Translations under genes and position numbers: made by a program
The notes under the pieces: generated by a model
Told to the model about the DNA's origin: nothing
Databases searched by the model: none
What the model saw: the letters and a program-made list of their open reading frames with translations, nothing else
In this document: positions 1 to 9,282 of the stretch, piece by piece
Layout: each line of letters opens with the position of its first letter
Position numbering within the stretch: position 1 is the stretch's first letter
Source of the DNA: Frankiales bacterium
Lineage (GTDB): Bacteria; Actinomycetota; Actinomycetes; Mycobacteriales; SCTD01
Assembly: GCA_025966135.1 (NCBI GenBank)
Contig: JAOPVP010000077.1
Coordinates: forward strand, 3,756 to 67,755
Direction: 5' to 3'
Length of the DNA stretch: 64,000 nucleotides

Positions 1-255
1 TCCAGCTCGCATGCCGGGCATGGGACACCCTGGTCGCGCCGGGTCACGTGGACCAACCGCACCTGACCTGACAGGTCGGGAACCCCTCGCAGCTTCGGCT
101 TCCCAGGACGGTGCGCGACCCAGGCGCCGGGCAGATGCTCTCAGCTTGGGCTTGGGAAGGACCGCAATGGCAGGGACGGCGCTCGCCACTGATCCCCCCT
201 CCGTGCGGCCGGCCGACGACGCGGTGCGGCTCGCAGCAGTCACCGAGCCCCTGTC

Positions 256-1047
256 ATGAACGAGGACCGCACCTCTCCCGCCAGTGCCGTGCTCGGTTTC
301 GTCACCGAGCTCCAGTCGCTGTTGCTGGACGGCCACGGGCTGGATGCCTTCCTCGCCGCGGCTGCCGGGCTGCTCGCCGCGCTCACCCATCCGAAGGTTC
401 TGTGCGCGATCAGCCTGCCGGCCGGTGGGCCGTGGGCCGGGCTCGGCGCGAACTGCCCCCGCGCCGCTCGGCTGCACCAGAAAGAGCTGACCATCCTCGA
501 CGGCCCCACGCACCAGGCGCTGCGACGCGGAGCGGTCGTCTACCAGGACGACGTCGACCAGCTCGGCTCGAAGCACTGCAGCCTCCTCGGCCGTCACCAC
601 GTTGCCAGCGTGCTCTCGATGCCGCTCCTGGTCGAAGGCCGCACGGTCGGCGTCAGCACGCTGTACGCCGGTCGGTCCCTAGGGACCGACGAGGTCCGGG
701 ATGTGCTCGTGGCCGGTCATGCGACAGCCACTGCACTGGTTGTCCGGCTCCGGGCCGAGGAGCAGGCGCGCGTCAACGACCAGCTGCGCCAGGCCGCGGC
801 CAGCCGCCCGGTCATCGACCAGGCGCTCGGCATCATGATGGGCTCGCGTGGCTGCACGGCCAGCGAGGCCTTCGACCTGCTGCGCGTGGACTCGCAGGCG
901 GCGAACCAGCCGGTGCGCGAGATTGCCGCCGGTCTGGTCGTCGCAGCCACGGGCAGGGCCCCAGAGGTCGCCCGTCCGTTCATGGTCCGGACGCCCCGCG
1001 CCGGCCTCAGGTGGGACCTCATTCAGACGAAGGACTCGTCGAGGTAG
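256..1047 (+). CDS. GAF + ANTAR domain RNA-binding (antitermination-type) regulator
   Basis: 263-aa ORF. The C-terminal segment 'RPVIDQALGIMMGSRGCTASEAFDLLRVDSQAANQPVREIA' fits the ANTAR pattern. The N-terminal ~160 aa look GAF-like ('VASVLSMPLLVEGRTVGVSTLYA'). Confidence 0.8.
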   Translation: MNEDRTSPASAVLGFVTELQSLLLDGHGLDAFLAAAAGLLAALTHPKVLCAISLPAGGPWAGLGANCPRAARLHQKELTILDGPTHQALRRGAVVYQDDVDQLGSKHCSLLGRHHVASVLSMPLLVEGRTVGVSTLYAGRSLGTDEVRDVLVAGHATATALVVRLRAEEQARVNDQLRQAAASRPVIDQALGIMMGSRGCTASEAFDLLRVDSQAANQPVREIAAGLVVAATGRAPEVARPFMVRTPRAGLRWDLIQTKDSSR

Positions 1048-1289
1048 CACCAGCGCCAGGCCTCGCCCGGCTCGAACGACTGCACGATCGGGTGGTCCTG
1101 GGCGAAGGCGTGCCGACGGGCGTGCCGGTGCGGCGAGGAGTCGCAACAGCCGACGTGGCCGCAGGACAGGCACAGCCGCAGGTGCACCCACGGCGACCCG
1201 ATCAGCAGGCACTCCTCACACCCGGCGGAGTGCGGTCGCACCGGCCGGATGGCGGACACGTGCGGGTCGAGCTGGGACGGGACCGTCAT
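1023..1289 (-). CDS. UBP-type zinc-finger domain protein
   Basis: 88-aa reading 'MTVPSQ...' in the 3' part of track ORF 1023..2408. Cys/His-rich 'CEECLLIGSPWVHLRLCLSCGHVGCCDSSPHRHARRH' is typical of ZnF-UBP. Its ATG overlaps the upstream gene's stop (ATGA at 1286-1289). Confidence 0.7.
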   Translation of the reverse strand: MTVPSQLDPHVSAIRPVRPHSAGCEECLLIGSPWVHLRLCLSCGHVGCCDSSPHRHARRHAFAQDHPIVQSFEPGEAWRWCYLDESFV

Positions 1290-2953
1290 GGCCGGGCCTC
1301 CGCGGCGGTGTGGGCAAAGAACTCGTGCAGGAGCCGGACGGCCATGGCGCCCTCGCCGACGGCCGAGGCGACCCGCTTGGTCGAGCCGCTGCGGACATCG
1401 CCGGCGGCGAAGACACCGGGCAGCGAGGTCGCCAGAGTTGGCGCGTCCCGTCCCGTCAGGATGAAGCCGTGCTCGTCGAGGTCGAGCTGTCCGGCCAGCC
1501 AGTCGACCTGGGGCACCGCCCCGATGAACACAAACAGCGCCCTTGCCGGGACGACCTCGCTGCCGCGCGGTCCTTCGACGACGACCTCGTCCAATCCCTC
1601 GTCGCCGTGCAGCTCGCGGATCTGGGTCCCAGTCCTGACCTCGATCGTGGGATGGCGCTCGATCCGGTCGACGAGGTAGCGGGACATGTTCGCCGGAAGG
1701 TTGTCGCCGCGCACTGCCAGCTGGACGCTGGAGCTGCGTTGGGCCAGGAACAGTGCGGCCTGGCCGGCCGCGTTGCCGCCACCCACGACGACCACGGGGT
1801 CGCCGGCGCAGGTCTGCGCTTCCACCTCGGTGGCCGCGTAGAAGACGCTCCTGGGCTCGAAGCGCTCGAGGTCGGGGACGTCGAGCCGCCGGTAATGCGC
1901 GCCGGTGCAGATGATCACAGCCCGGGTGACCATGTTCTTGCCGTCGTCCAGCCGAACGACGTGGAGGCCGTCCCGCTGGGCGAGGCCGACCGCTCCGGAC
2001 GGCACCCGGAGCTGCGCCCCGAAGCGCTCCGCCTGCAGCACCGCCCGGTCGGTCAGCTCGGCCCCGGAGATCCCGGCCGGGAAGCCCAGGTAGTTCTCGA
2101 TCCGCGACGATGTGCCCGCCTGCCCCCCGGTGGCGATCAGGTCCACGGCGACCGTCTCGAGCCCTTCTGACGCGGCGTAGACGGAGGCCGCAAGACCGGC
2201 AGGCCCTGCGCCGACGATGACGACGTCGGCCACCCCTGTCGGCGACGTGCGCTGTGGTTCGAGACCGAGCTGGGCGGCAAGGTCGGCGTTGCTCGGGTTG
2301 CGGAGCACGTACGAGGCGTTCCACATGACCACCGGGGCCTCTTCGGGCCGCACTCCGACCTCGCGGAGCAGGCTCTCGGCCTCGGCATCGCGCTCCAGGT
2401 CCAGCCATCGGAAGGGCATCCGGTTGCGCGCGGCGAACTCACAGAGCCGACGGGTGTCGGGCGAGTAGCGGGATCCCACGATCCGCAGGCCCGCGCCCAG
2501 GGAGATCAGCAGGGAGCGCCTGGCGAAGTAGGCGTGCAGGATCAGGTTGCCCAGGGCCGGGTCCTGCTCGGTGACCGTGAGCAGCCTGGCCACCGGGACG
2601 GCAAGCACGGATCCGGGCTCCTGCACTACGGCGGTGAGCAGCAGAGGCTGGCCGGTGAGCAGACCGACCCCACCGAGGAAGCGCCCGCGGCGATGGACGC
2701 TGAGGGTGTCGTCGCCGCTCCGCAGCGCCACGCTGCCGTCCAGCACCACGAAGAACTCGTGGCACCGCTGCCCTTCCCGGTACAGGACCTCGCCCGCCGA
2801 GACCGGCCGCTCCTCGCCGTGTTGGCTGAGGAGCGCGAGCTGGTCCTCGCTCAGCCGCGGGTAGGAACCGGTGCGGTCCGAGGTTTCGGCGCATGAGCTG
2901 TCGGGTGCTGAGACGCCTGGCCCTGTGGATGGCGTCGCGGTGTTGGCGGTCAC
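1286..2953 (-). CDS. cyclic-nucleotide-binding domain fused to a thioredoxin-reductase-like FAD/NAD(P) oxidoreductase
   Basis: The C-terminal half has 'VVIVGAGPAGLAASVYAASEG', 'VVVVGGGNAAGQAALFLA' and 'GVFAAGDVRSGSTKRVASAVGEGA'. The N-terminal part is CAP_ED-like ('FFVVLDGSVAL...RRGRFLGGVGLL'). The GTG start at 2953 was chosen 11 nt after the upstream stop; the start is uncertain. Confidence 0.8.
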   Translation of the reverse strand: MTANTATPSTGPGVSAPDSSCAETSDRTGSYPRLSEDQLALLSQHGEERPVSAGEVLYREGQRCHEFFVVLDGSVALRSGDDTLSVHRRGRFLGGVGLLTGQPLLLTAVVQEPGSVLAVPVARLLTVTEQDPALGNLILHAYFARRSLLISLGAGLRIVGSRYSPDTRRLCEFAARNRMPFRWLDLERDAEAESLLREVGVRPEEAPVVMWNASYVLRNPSNADLAAQLGLEPQRTSPTGVADVVIVGAGPAGLAASVYAASEGLETVAVDLIATGGQAGTSSRIENYLGFPAGISGAELTDRAVLQAERFGAQLRVPSGAVGLAQRDGLHVVRLDDGKNMVTRAVIICTGAHYRRLDVPDLERFEPRSVFYAATEVEAQTCAGDPVVVVGGGNAAGQAALFLAQRSSSVQLAVRGDNLPANMSRYLVDRIERHPTIEVRTGTQIRELHGDEGLDEVVVEGPRGSEVVPARALFVFIGAVPQVDWLAGQLDLDEHGFILTGRDAPTLATSLPGVFAAGDVRSGSTKRVASAVGEGAMAVRLLHEFFAHTAAEARP

Positions 2954-2964
2954 AGTGTCAGCGC

Positions 2965-3531
2965 TCAGGCGGTGCTGGCGGCGCGCATCACCACGACCTC
3001 GTAGTTGCGCTCCCAGCGGTGCACCCGCACCGCGAGGACCCCGAGGAGTCCGGCGTAGATGATGGCGTAGATGCCGATCAGCTGCGACAGTGCGAGTGCT
3101 CCGGCGACCGGCGCGACGACGAGCACGACGCCGAAGATCACGGACGCGACGCCTGCCAGGATGAGCACCCACTCGCCTTTGAGCACCTTGCGCCACCGAC
3201 TCGCGGCCACCATCTCCGCCACGCCCGTCACGATCGCCCAGGCCGCGATGAGGACGGTCAAGGCCAAGGCGGTCACGCCCGGCCAGACGAGGGTCAGCAC
3301 GCCCAGCCCGATGCCGGAGAGGGCACCGAAGATCTCGGCTCCGCGGCGGTCGTTGCCCGTTCCGGCACGGATCGTGCTGATAAGGAGGCTGACGCCGTCG
3401 ACCAGGCACCAGGCACCGAACAGCACGACGAGGACGAACAGCGTCACCCCGGGCCAGCTCAGGGCAAGGATGCCGAAGGCGAAGGCCAGCAGGGCGCGGG
3501 CGGCAAGCAGTGGCCAGATGTGGAGCTTCAT
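2965..3531 (-). CDS. HdeD/DUF308 family membrane protein
   Basis: 188-aa six-TM ORF with repeated 'LALSWPGVTL / LTLVWPGVTAL' segments characteristic of HdeD/DUF308. Confidence 0.7.
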   Translation of the reverse strand: MKLHIWPLLAARALLAFAFGILALSWPGVTLFVLVVLFGAWCLVDGVSLLISTIRAGTGNDRRGAEIFGALSGIGLGVLTLVWPGVTALALTVLIAAWAIVTGVAEMVAASRWRKVLKGEWVLILAGVASVIFGVVLVVAPVAGALALSQLIGIYAIIYAGLLGVLAVRVHRWERNYEVVVMRAASTA

Positions 3532-3581
3532 CGTGACTGCCTCTCAGGTGGTGGCACTCGGGTGAGTTCAGCTCGGCTCGA

Positions 3582-4571
3582 TCAACTTGGGAGAGCGGAC
3601 AGCACGACGGACAGGGTCTTTCGGTCCGGCCCCCGCTGGACGGTCATGTCGACCACGTCGGCGGGGCGGTGCCGGCGGACGAGGACCAGCAGGTCGTCCG
3701 CGCTCTTCACGACCTGGCCGTCGAAGCTGATGACGACGTCGCCGGGCCGCACACCTGCCTTGGCCGCGGGTCCTCCCGGGACCACGGAGAGCACCACGGC
3801 ACCCTCGATGACCTTGACGTGCAAAACGCGGGCGATCTCCGGCGTGAGTGTGCGCGGCAGCAGGCCCAGGTAGGCGTGCAGTGCGTGCCCGGTCTCCAGC
3901 AACTGGGGTACGACGTCGCGGACCTCGGCCGTCGGTGTCGCGAAACCGATCGAGACGGCGCCTGCGGCGGGTGGGATGTAGGCCTCGCTGATGCCGATGA
4001 CGCGCCCTTGGCCGTCGACAAGGGCACCGCCGGAGCTGCCGGGCGAGATGGCCGCGTCCGTCTGTATGAGGTCGACCATGGAGAGCTTCCCCGCACCGCC
4101 CGGGATGACGCGGTGCAGGGCGGAGACGACGCCCGCGCTCACCGTCTCCGCCAGACCGAGCGGACTGCCGATGGCGACCGCCGTGTCGCCCGGATCCGGT
4201 TCGTCGTTCCGGAAGATCGCCGGAGTCAATGCAGTGCGTGCGGACCGCACGAGCGCGAGGTCGCTGACGGGGTCGGTGGCCAGCACCTTGCCCGTACTCA
4301 CGATGCCGTCGGCGAAGGCGACGTCGACCGTCGTGGCGCCGCGTACGACGTGCTCGTCGGTGACGATCGTGCCGTTCTGGAGGTAGACCACGCCGCTTCC
4401 GACGCCCTTAGGTGTCGTGATCGTCACGATTGACGGCTGGACCCCACGCACCACCGCGGCGAGCCCCGTCGACGTTGCGGCGGTCGTCGCCGTGGTCGGC
4501 GAGCCGCGCGAACACGCGGCAGCCGTCAGGACCAGACCCGCGGCCAACGTGCGGTTCAAGCCGGCGCTCAC
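3582..4571 (-). CDS. lipoprotein S1C (trypsin-like) serine protease with C-terminal PDZ domain (HtrA-like)
   Basis: Lipobox 'LTAAAC'. 'TDAAISPGSSGGALV' is the catalytic Ser motif. PDZ-like 'GAVVLSVVPGGPAAKAGVRPGDVVISFDG'. Its GTG overlaps the clpB stop (GTGA at 4568-4571). Confidence 0.85.
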   Translation of the reverse strand: MSAGLNRTLAAGLVLTAAACSRGSPTTATTAATSTGLAAVVRGVQPSIVTITTPKGVGSGVVYLQNGTIVTDEHVVRGATTVDVAFADGIVSTGKVLATDPVSDLALVRSARTALTPAIFRNDEPDPGDTAVAIGSPLGLAETVSAGVVSALHRVIPGGAGKLSMVDLIQTDAAISPGSSGGALVDGQGRVIGISEAYIPPAAGAVSIGFATPTAEVRDVVPQLLETGHALHAYLGLLPRTLTPEIARVLHVKVIEGAVVLSVVPGGPAAKAGVRPGDVVISFDGQVVKSADDLLVLVRRHRPADVVDMTVQRGPDRKTLSVVLSALPS

Positions 4572-7213
4572 GCAGACACCGACGCTCGGTCGGAGGCGCG
4601 GTCTCCGGACTCGTCGAAGGTCACAGCCAGCTGGTCGTCCTCGATGTCGACCGTGATGATGCTGCCGTCCTTGACGTCTCCGCCGAGCAACGCACGGCCG
4701 ATCCGTGTCTCGACCTCGTGCGCGACGTACCGGCGCAACGGCCGGGCGCCGTAGACCGGGTCGAAGCCGGCCGCCGCGATGTGGCGCCGTGCCGCCGGCG
4801 TGAGCTCGAGCTGCAGCCGACGGTCAGCGAGCCGACGCCTGAGGTCGTCGAACTGCATGTCGACGACGAACTCGATCTGGGAGAGCGTGAGCGGCTTGAA
4901 GAGCACCACGTCGTCGATGCGGTTGAGGAACTCGGGCCGGAAATGCCCGCGCAACTCGAGCATCACGTGGTCTCGCGCTTCGGTGCTGATGCTGCCATCG
5001 GCGTTGACACCGTCGAGGAGGTAGAGCGACCCGAGGTTGGACGTCAGGATCACGACGGTGTTGCGGAAGTCGACCGTGCGGCCCTGCGCATCGGTGATGC
5101 GGCCGTCGTCGAGTAGCTGCAGCAACGTGTTGAAGACGTCCGCGTGCGCCTTCTCGATCTCGTCGAACAGCACCACCGAGTAGGGCTTGCGACGCACCGC
5201 TTCGGTGAGCTGGCCGCCCTCCTCGTAGCCGATGTAGCCAGGGGGCGCACCGACGAGGCGGCTCACCGTGTGCCTCTCCTGGTACTCGCTCATGTCGAGC
5301 CGGATCAGGTTCTCCTCCGAGTCGAACAGCGCCTCGGCCAGGGCCTTGGCCAGCTCGGTCTTCCCGACGCCGGTGGGGCCGAGGAAGATGAACGACCCGA
5401 TCGGGCGGCGTGGGTCCTTGATGCCGGACCGTGCCCGGATGATCGCGTCAGTGACCAGCTGCACGGCCTCGTCCTGCCCGACGACCCGACGGTGGAGGAC
5501 CTCGTCGAGCCGCAGCACCTTGTCGCGCTCGCCCTCGGTCAGCCGGCTCACCGGGATGTGGGTCCAGGCCGCCACGATCTCGGCGATCTCCTCCTCGGTC
5601 ACGACCTCACGCAGCAGCCGCCGCTGGCCCTGTTTGCTGGCCAGCTGCTCCTCCTGCGCCTCCAGGCGGCGCTCGAGCTCGGCCAGCTGGCCGTAGCGCA
5701 GCTCGGCGGCGCGATTGAGGTCGTAGCTCCGCTCGGCCTCCTCGGCTTCCCGCCGTACCCGCTCGAGCTCCTCGCGGAGCTCCTGGACCTTGCGGATGGC
5801 CTGCCGCTCGGCTTCCCACTGGGCCCGCTTGGCATCGGCCTCACTGCGCAGGTCGGCGAGCTCCCGCTGCAGCTCCTGAAGCCGGGCCTTGCTGGCCTCG
5901 TCGCTCTCTTTCGCGAGCGCGGCCTCCTCGATCTCAAGGCGGGTCACCCGTCGGATCAAGGCATCCAGCTCCGCAGGCATCGAGTCGATCTCGGTGCGCA
6001 GCCGGGCACAGGCCTCGTCGACGAGGTCGATGGCCTTGTCGGGCAGGAAGCGATCGGAAATGTAGCGGTGGCTCAGGGTCACCGCACTGACCAGCGCGGC
6101 ATCGGCGATCTTCACGCCGTGGAAGACCTCCAGTCGCTCGCGCAGGCCGCGCAGGATCGACACCGCGTCTTCGACCGTCGGTTCGTCGACGATCACCGGC
6201 TGGAACCGGCGCTCGAGAGCGGGGTCCTTCTCAACCCGCCGGTACTCGTCCAGCGTCGTCGCGCCGATCAGGTGCAGCTCGCCGCGGGCCAGCATCGGCT
6301 TGAGCATGTTGCCTGCGTCCATCGCGCCTTCAGCGGCGCCGGCACCGACGACGGTGTGGACCTCGTCGACGAACAGCAGGACCCGGCCTTCAGCGGCCTT
6401 GACTTCACCGAGGACTGCCTTGAACCGCTCCTCGAACTCACCGCGGTACTTCGCACCGGCCACCAGGGCACCCATGTCGAGGGCGAAGACCGTGCGGTCC
6501 CGCAGCCCTTCCGGGACGTCGCCGTGCAGGATGCGCTGCGCCAGACCTTCGGCGATCGCTGTCTTGCCGACGCCCGGCTCGCCGATGAGGACGGGGTTGT
6601 TCTTGGTCTTGCGGCTCAGGATCTGGATGACCCGGCGGATCTCGTTGTCGCGGCCGATCACGGGGTCCAGCAGGCCGGCCCGGGCGTCCTGCACGAGGTC
6701 GCGTCCGTACTTCGCGAGCGCCTCGTACGACGCTTCGGGGGTGCTGGAGGTGACGCGCTGGTTCCCCCGCACCGTCGTGAGGGCGGCGAGGAAGGACTCG
6801 CGGTCGATACCGTGCTGGGCCAGCTGCCGGCCGGAGGCCGTCGAGCTGCCCTCCTCGGCGAGCGCGAGCAGCAGGTGCTCGACCGAAACGTACTCGTCCT
6901 TCAAACGGCTGGCCTCACGCTCGGCCGTACCGAGCAGGCGCATGAGCCGCGACGTGACCTTCACGTCGTTCTGCGCGGCACCCGGGCCACTCACCTTCGG
7001 CCTGCGGGCGAGCTCCGCCTCGACATCTACCCGCACCTGTTCGGGGTCGGCGCCGGCCGCCTCCAGCAGTCGCGGGGCCAGCCCGTCGCGTTGCTCGAGG
7101 AGCGCCAGCAGCAGGTGCTCCCCGTCGACCTCCGGATGACCCAGCCGGGCGGCGGCCGACTGAGCCTCCGCCAGCGCCTCGTGCGACTTCGCGGTCAGCT
7201 TGTTCAGGTCCAT
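4568..7213 (-). CDS. clpB: ATP-dependent chaperone/disaggregase ClpB
   Basis: Two AAA+ modules ('[15 protein letters not shown]', '[15 protein letters not shown]') with a long coiled-coil M-domain between them. The internal start 'MDLNKLT' at 7213 replaces the Arg-rich extension of the track ORF. Confidence 0.95.
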   Translation of the reverse strand: MDLNKLTAKSHEALAEAQSAAARLGHPEVDGEHLLLALLEQRDGLAPRLLEAAGADPEQVRVDVEAELARRPKVSGPGAAQNDVKVTSRLMRLLGTAEREASRLKDEYVSVEHLLLALAEEGSSTASGRQLAQHGIDRESFLAALTTVRGNQRVTSSTPEASYEALAKYGRDLVQDARAGLLDPVIGRDNEIRRVIQILSRKTKNNPVLIGEPGVGKTAIAEGLAQRILHGDVPEGLRDRTVFALDMGALVAGAKYRGEFEERFKAVLGEVKAAEGRVLLFVDEVHTVVGAGAAEGAMDAGNMLKPMLARGELHLIGATTLDEYRRVEKDPALERRFQPVIVDEPTVEDAVSILRGLRERLEVFHGVKIADAALVSAVTLSHRYISDRFLPDKAIDLVDEACARLRTEIDSMPAELDALIRRVTRLEIEEAALAKESDEASKARLQELQRELADLRSEADAKRAQWEAERQAIRKVQELREELERVRREAEEAERSYDLNRAAELRYGQLAELERRLEAQEEQLASKQGQRRLLREVVTEEEIAEIVAAWTHIPVSRLTEGERDKVLRLDEVLHRRVVGQDEAVQLVTDAIIRARSGIKDPRRPIGSFIFLGPTGVGKTELAKALAEALFDSEENLIRLDMSEYQERHTVSRLVGAPPGYIGYEEGGQLTEAVRRKPYSVVLFDEIEKAHADVFNTLLQLLDDGRITDAQGRTVDFRNTVVILTSNLGSLYLLDGVNADGSISTEARDHVMLELRGHFRPEFLNRIDDVVLFKPLTLSQIEFVVDMQFDDLRRRLADRRLQLELTPAARRHIAAAGFDPVYGARPLRRYVAHEVETRIGRALLGGDVKDGSIITVDIEDDQLAVTFDESGDRASDRASVSA

Positions 7214-7542
7214 AGCGCCGCCTGCGCAGGGCCGGCCTCGTCGCGCAGCGCGTCGAGGCGGTGAACGACGTCGAGCAGCAGCCCGATCGTCACGCATTCG
7301 GTCTGCACCCGAAGCGCGCCGGGTACGGCGGTCGCCTCCCCCGGCGACTCGGCCAGGAGGCCGACCGCGACGAACCGCCGTACCAGTTCAGGGCGCAGCC
7401 CTGCCCTGCACGCGAAGTCGTCCAGCCAGGCCCGCTCGCGGTCGAGCTCCGCCCGCAGAGTCTCCTGCCCGGCGTGGGTTTGGGCCAGGAGCCGCTCCAG
7501 CCTCGGAGGGGTATCCAGGTCGAGCATCTGGGACATATTCAC
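7204..7542 (-). CDS. divergent CbpM/MerR_2-like chaperone-modulator paralog
   Basis: 112-aa ORF. 'LDDFACRAGLRPELVRRFVAVGLL' parallels the HTH-like segment of the neighbouring gene. GTG start with GAGGAG 7 nt upstream. GTGA overlap with the upstream stop and a 10-nt overlap with the clpB start. Confidence 0.6.
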   Translation of the reverse strand: MNMSQMLDLDTPPRLERLLAQTHAGQETLRAELDRERAWLDDFACRAGLRPELVRRFVAVGLLAESPGEATAVPGALRVQTECVTIGLLLDVVHRLDALRDEAGPAQAALWT

Positions 7543-7847
7543 GTCGTCACTCCTCGGTGGGGGCGGACTGGTGAGCTGAGGGCTGCCTCGAGGGCAGCGA
7601 CCCGGTCGAGCAGGTCAAGCACGAGTCCGAGGGCCGCATAGTTCAGGCCGAGTCCGGTGCGGAGGCGCTGGGCCCTTGAGACCCGCGCGACGTCTCGTTG
7701 CTGGAAGCGGGCTTCCCCGTCGCGGGCCGGCGTCATGTCGACCAGACCGAGCGCGACGAAGCGTCGCACGAGGTCCGGATGCAGGCCGGCCTGCCGTGCG
7801 AGCGCGTCCAGCGTCAGGCCGTTCCTGCGCACCAGGGCTGATGTCAT
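7539..7847 (-). CDS. CbpM-like / HspR-like MerR-family small protein
   Basis: 102 aa from the internal ATG at 7847 (ATGA overlap with the J-protein stop). 'LTLDALARQAGLHPDLVRRFVALGLV...RAQRLRTGLGLNYAALGLVLDLLDRVAALE' follows the CbpM/MerR_2 pattern. Confidence 0.7.
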   Translation of the reverse strand: MTSALVRRNGLTLDALARQAGLHPDLVRRFVALGLVDMTPARDGEARFQQRDVARVSRAQRLRTGLGLNYAALGLVLDLLDRVAALEAALSSPVRPHRGVTT

Positions 7848-8728
7848 CGATCGGCCTTCCTGGGATCGAACGTGGACACGCGGGCGAGCTGCTCGAACAG
7901 CTCCTTCTCTTCCTTGGTGGGCTTGGGAGGGACCATGACCTCGATCTGCGCGTAGAGGTCGCCGGGCCGGCCCTTGGGGTTGGGCAGGCCCTGTCCCTTG
8001 AGGCGCAGCCGCCGGCCAGTCGAGCTGCCCGCCGGGACGTTGACCTTCACCTCGCCGCCGGGGGTGTCGACGAGCGCCTTGGCACCGAGGACTGCCTCCC
8101 ACGGCGTGACGGGCAGCGGCACGAAGATGTCGCGGCCGCGCACCTCGTACTTCGGGTGCGGTGCCAGCCGGACGACGAGGTACAGGTCGCCGGCCGGTCC
8201 ACCGCGGCCACCCCGTCCGCCCTCGCCGGCGAGGCGGATGCGCTGGCCGTCCGTGACGCCGGCGGGGATGGTGACCTCGAGCTCGCGGTCGCCGAACGAG
8301 AGCCGCCGGCGTCCCCCGGTGTAGGCCTCCTCGACGGTGAGGACCAGCTCTGCCTCCTGGTCGGCTCCGGGCATCGAACCGCCGCCGCGGCCGCCGAAGA
8401 GGCTGCTGAACAGATCTTCCACATCCATCCCGGAGCTGCCGTAGCCGCCAGAGCTGCCGTAGCGGAATGCCTGGCCACCGCCCGGCGCCCGCTCGGCGTC
8501 CTCGGGGTACTGCCGGAAGTCCGGCCCCCAGCGGTCGTAGCGGGCTCGGGTCTGGGGATCGGAGAGCACCTGGTAGGCCTCGTTGATCTCCTTGAACCGG
8601 TCTTCGGACCCCGGGTCCTTGGCGATGTCGGGGTGGTGCTTGCGGGCGAGGGACCGGTAGGCCCGCTGCAGGGCGTCGGCGTCAGCGTCGCGCCCCACCC
8701 CCAGGACCTCGTAGTAGTCGCGCGCCAT
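7844..8728 (-). CDS. cbpA: J-domain co-chaperone, class B (CbpA-like; no zinc-finger region)
   Basis: J-domain 'DYYEVLGVGRDADADALQRAYRSLARKHHPD', a G/F-rich linker, then DnaJ C-terminal domains. No CxxCxGxG repeats are present. Confidence 0.85.
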   Translation of the reverse strand: MARDYYEVLGVGRDADADALQRAYRSLARKHHPDIAKDPGSEDRFKEINEAYQVLSDPQTRARYDRWGPDFRQYPEDAERAPGGGQAFRYGSSGGYGSSGMDVEDLFSSLFGGRGGGSMPGADQEAELVLTVEEAYTGGRRRLSFGDRELEVTIPAGVTDGQRIRLAGEGGRGGRGGPAGDLYLVVRLAPHPKYEVRGRDIFVPLPVTPWEAVLGAKALVDTPGGEVKVNVPAGSSTGRRLRLKGQGLPNPKGRPGDLYAQIEVMVPPKPTKEEKELFEQLARVSTFDPRKADR

Positions 8729-8734
8729 CGCCGA

Positions 8735-9280
8735 TCAGCCCCGCTGCGAGACGGCGACCGCGGCTGGGCGGAGCTGCCGGTCGATCTCGCCGTAGCCGGG
8801 ACGCAGCACCTTGACGACCGTCCCCGCGTCGACCTCCGGGCTCTCCACGACCTCGACGACCTCGTGCCGTGCCGGGTCGAACGCGACCCCTTCCTGGTCG
8901 TCCCGCGGGTAGCCGAGGCTCTCCAGCACCGCGATCGCCTGATCGCGGACCGCCCGCACGCCCTGCAACAGCGACTCCGGATGCGACTGGCCGTGCTCCA
9001 GGGCCCGTTCGAGGTTGTCCACCAGCGGCAGCCACGCTGCTGCGACCCGGCCTCGCTCCACCTCCCGCTCGCGGGTGAGCTCGCGGGTATACCTCTTGCG
9101 CAGGTTGTCGAGGTCGGCCATGCAGCGCCGCCAGCGGTCCTCCTGCTCCGACTCCTCCTGCTGCTTCGCCGACTCCTCCTGCTGCTTCGCCGCGACCCCA
9201 GCCGTTGTGGCCGCAGCACTCGGCTGCCCGTCCGGCTCGTGCTGCTCGGGCGGGGAGTCGTGCGTCGCCGCACTCGTCAC
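8735..9280 (-). CDS. grpE: nucleotide exchange factor GrpE
   Basis: 'DLDNLRKRYTRE...WLPLVDNLERAL...GVAFDPARHEVV' are GrpE signatures. GTG start lies 2 nt after the dnaK stop. Confidence 0.9.
   Translation of the reverse strand: MTSAATHDSPPEQHEPDGQPSAAATTAGVAAKQQEESAKQQEESEQEDRWRRCMADLDNLRKRYTRELTREREVERGRVAAAWLPLVDNLERALEHGQSHPESLLQGVRAVRDQAIAVLESLGYPRDDQEGVAFDPARHEVVEVVESPEVDAGTVVKVLRPGYGEIDRQLRPAAVAVSQRG
9150..9191. repeat. perfect 21-bp tandem duplication inside grpE (in-frame AKQQEES x2)
   Basis: 'gactcctcctgctgcttcgcc' occurs twice back to back (9150-9170 and 9171-9191). It encodes 'AKQQEESAKQQEES' in the disordered GrpE N-terminus. Confidence 0.9.
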
Positions 9281-9282
9281 GG

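Noticed and set aside
5144-7264. 706-aa plus-strand ORF antisense to clpB. Similar long shadow ORFs include 111..1679, 848..2170, 7676..9559, 9205..10473, 24029..24859, 35646..37013, 37824..39026, 43788..45230, 56857..58296 and 59960..61294.
   Set aside because: They are Arg/Gly/Pro/Ala-rich, low-complexity translations on the strand opposite CDSs with unmistakable family signatures. This is the usual stop-codon-poor shadow frame of high-GC DNA.
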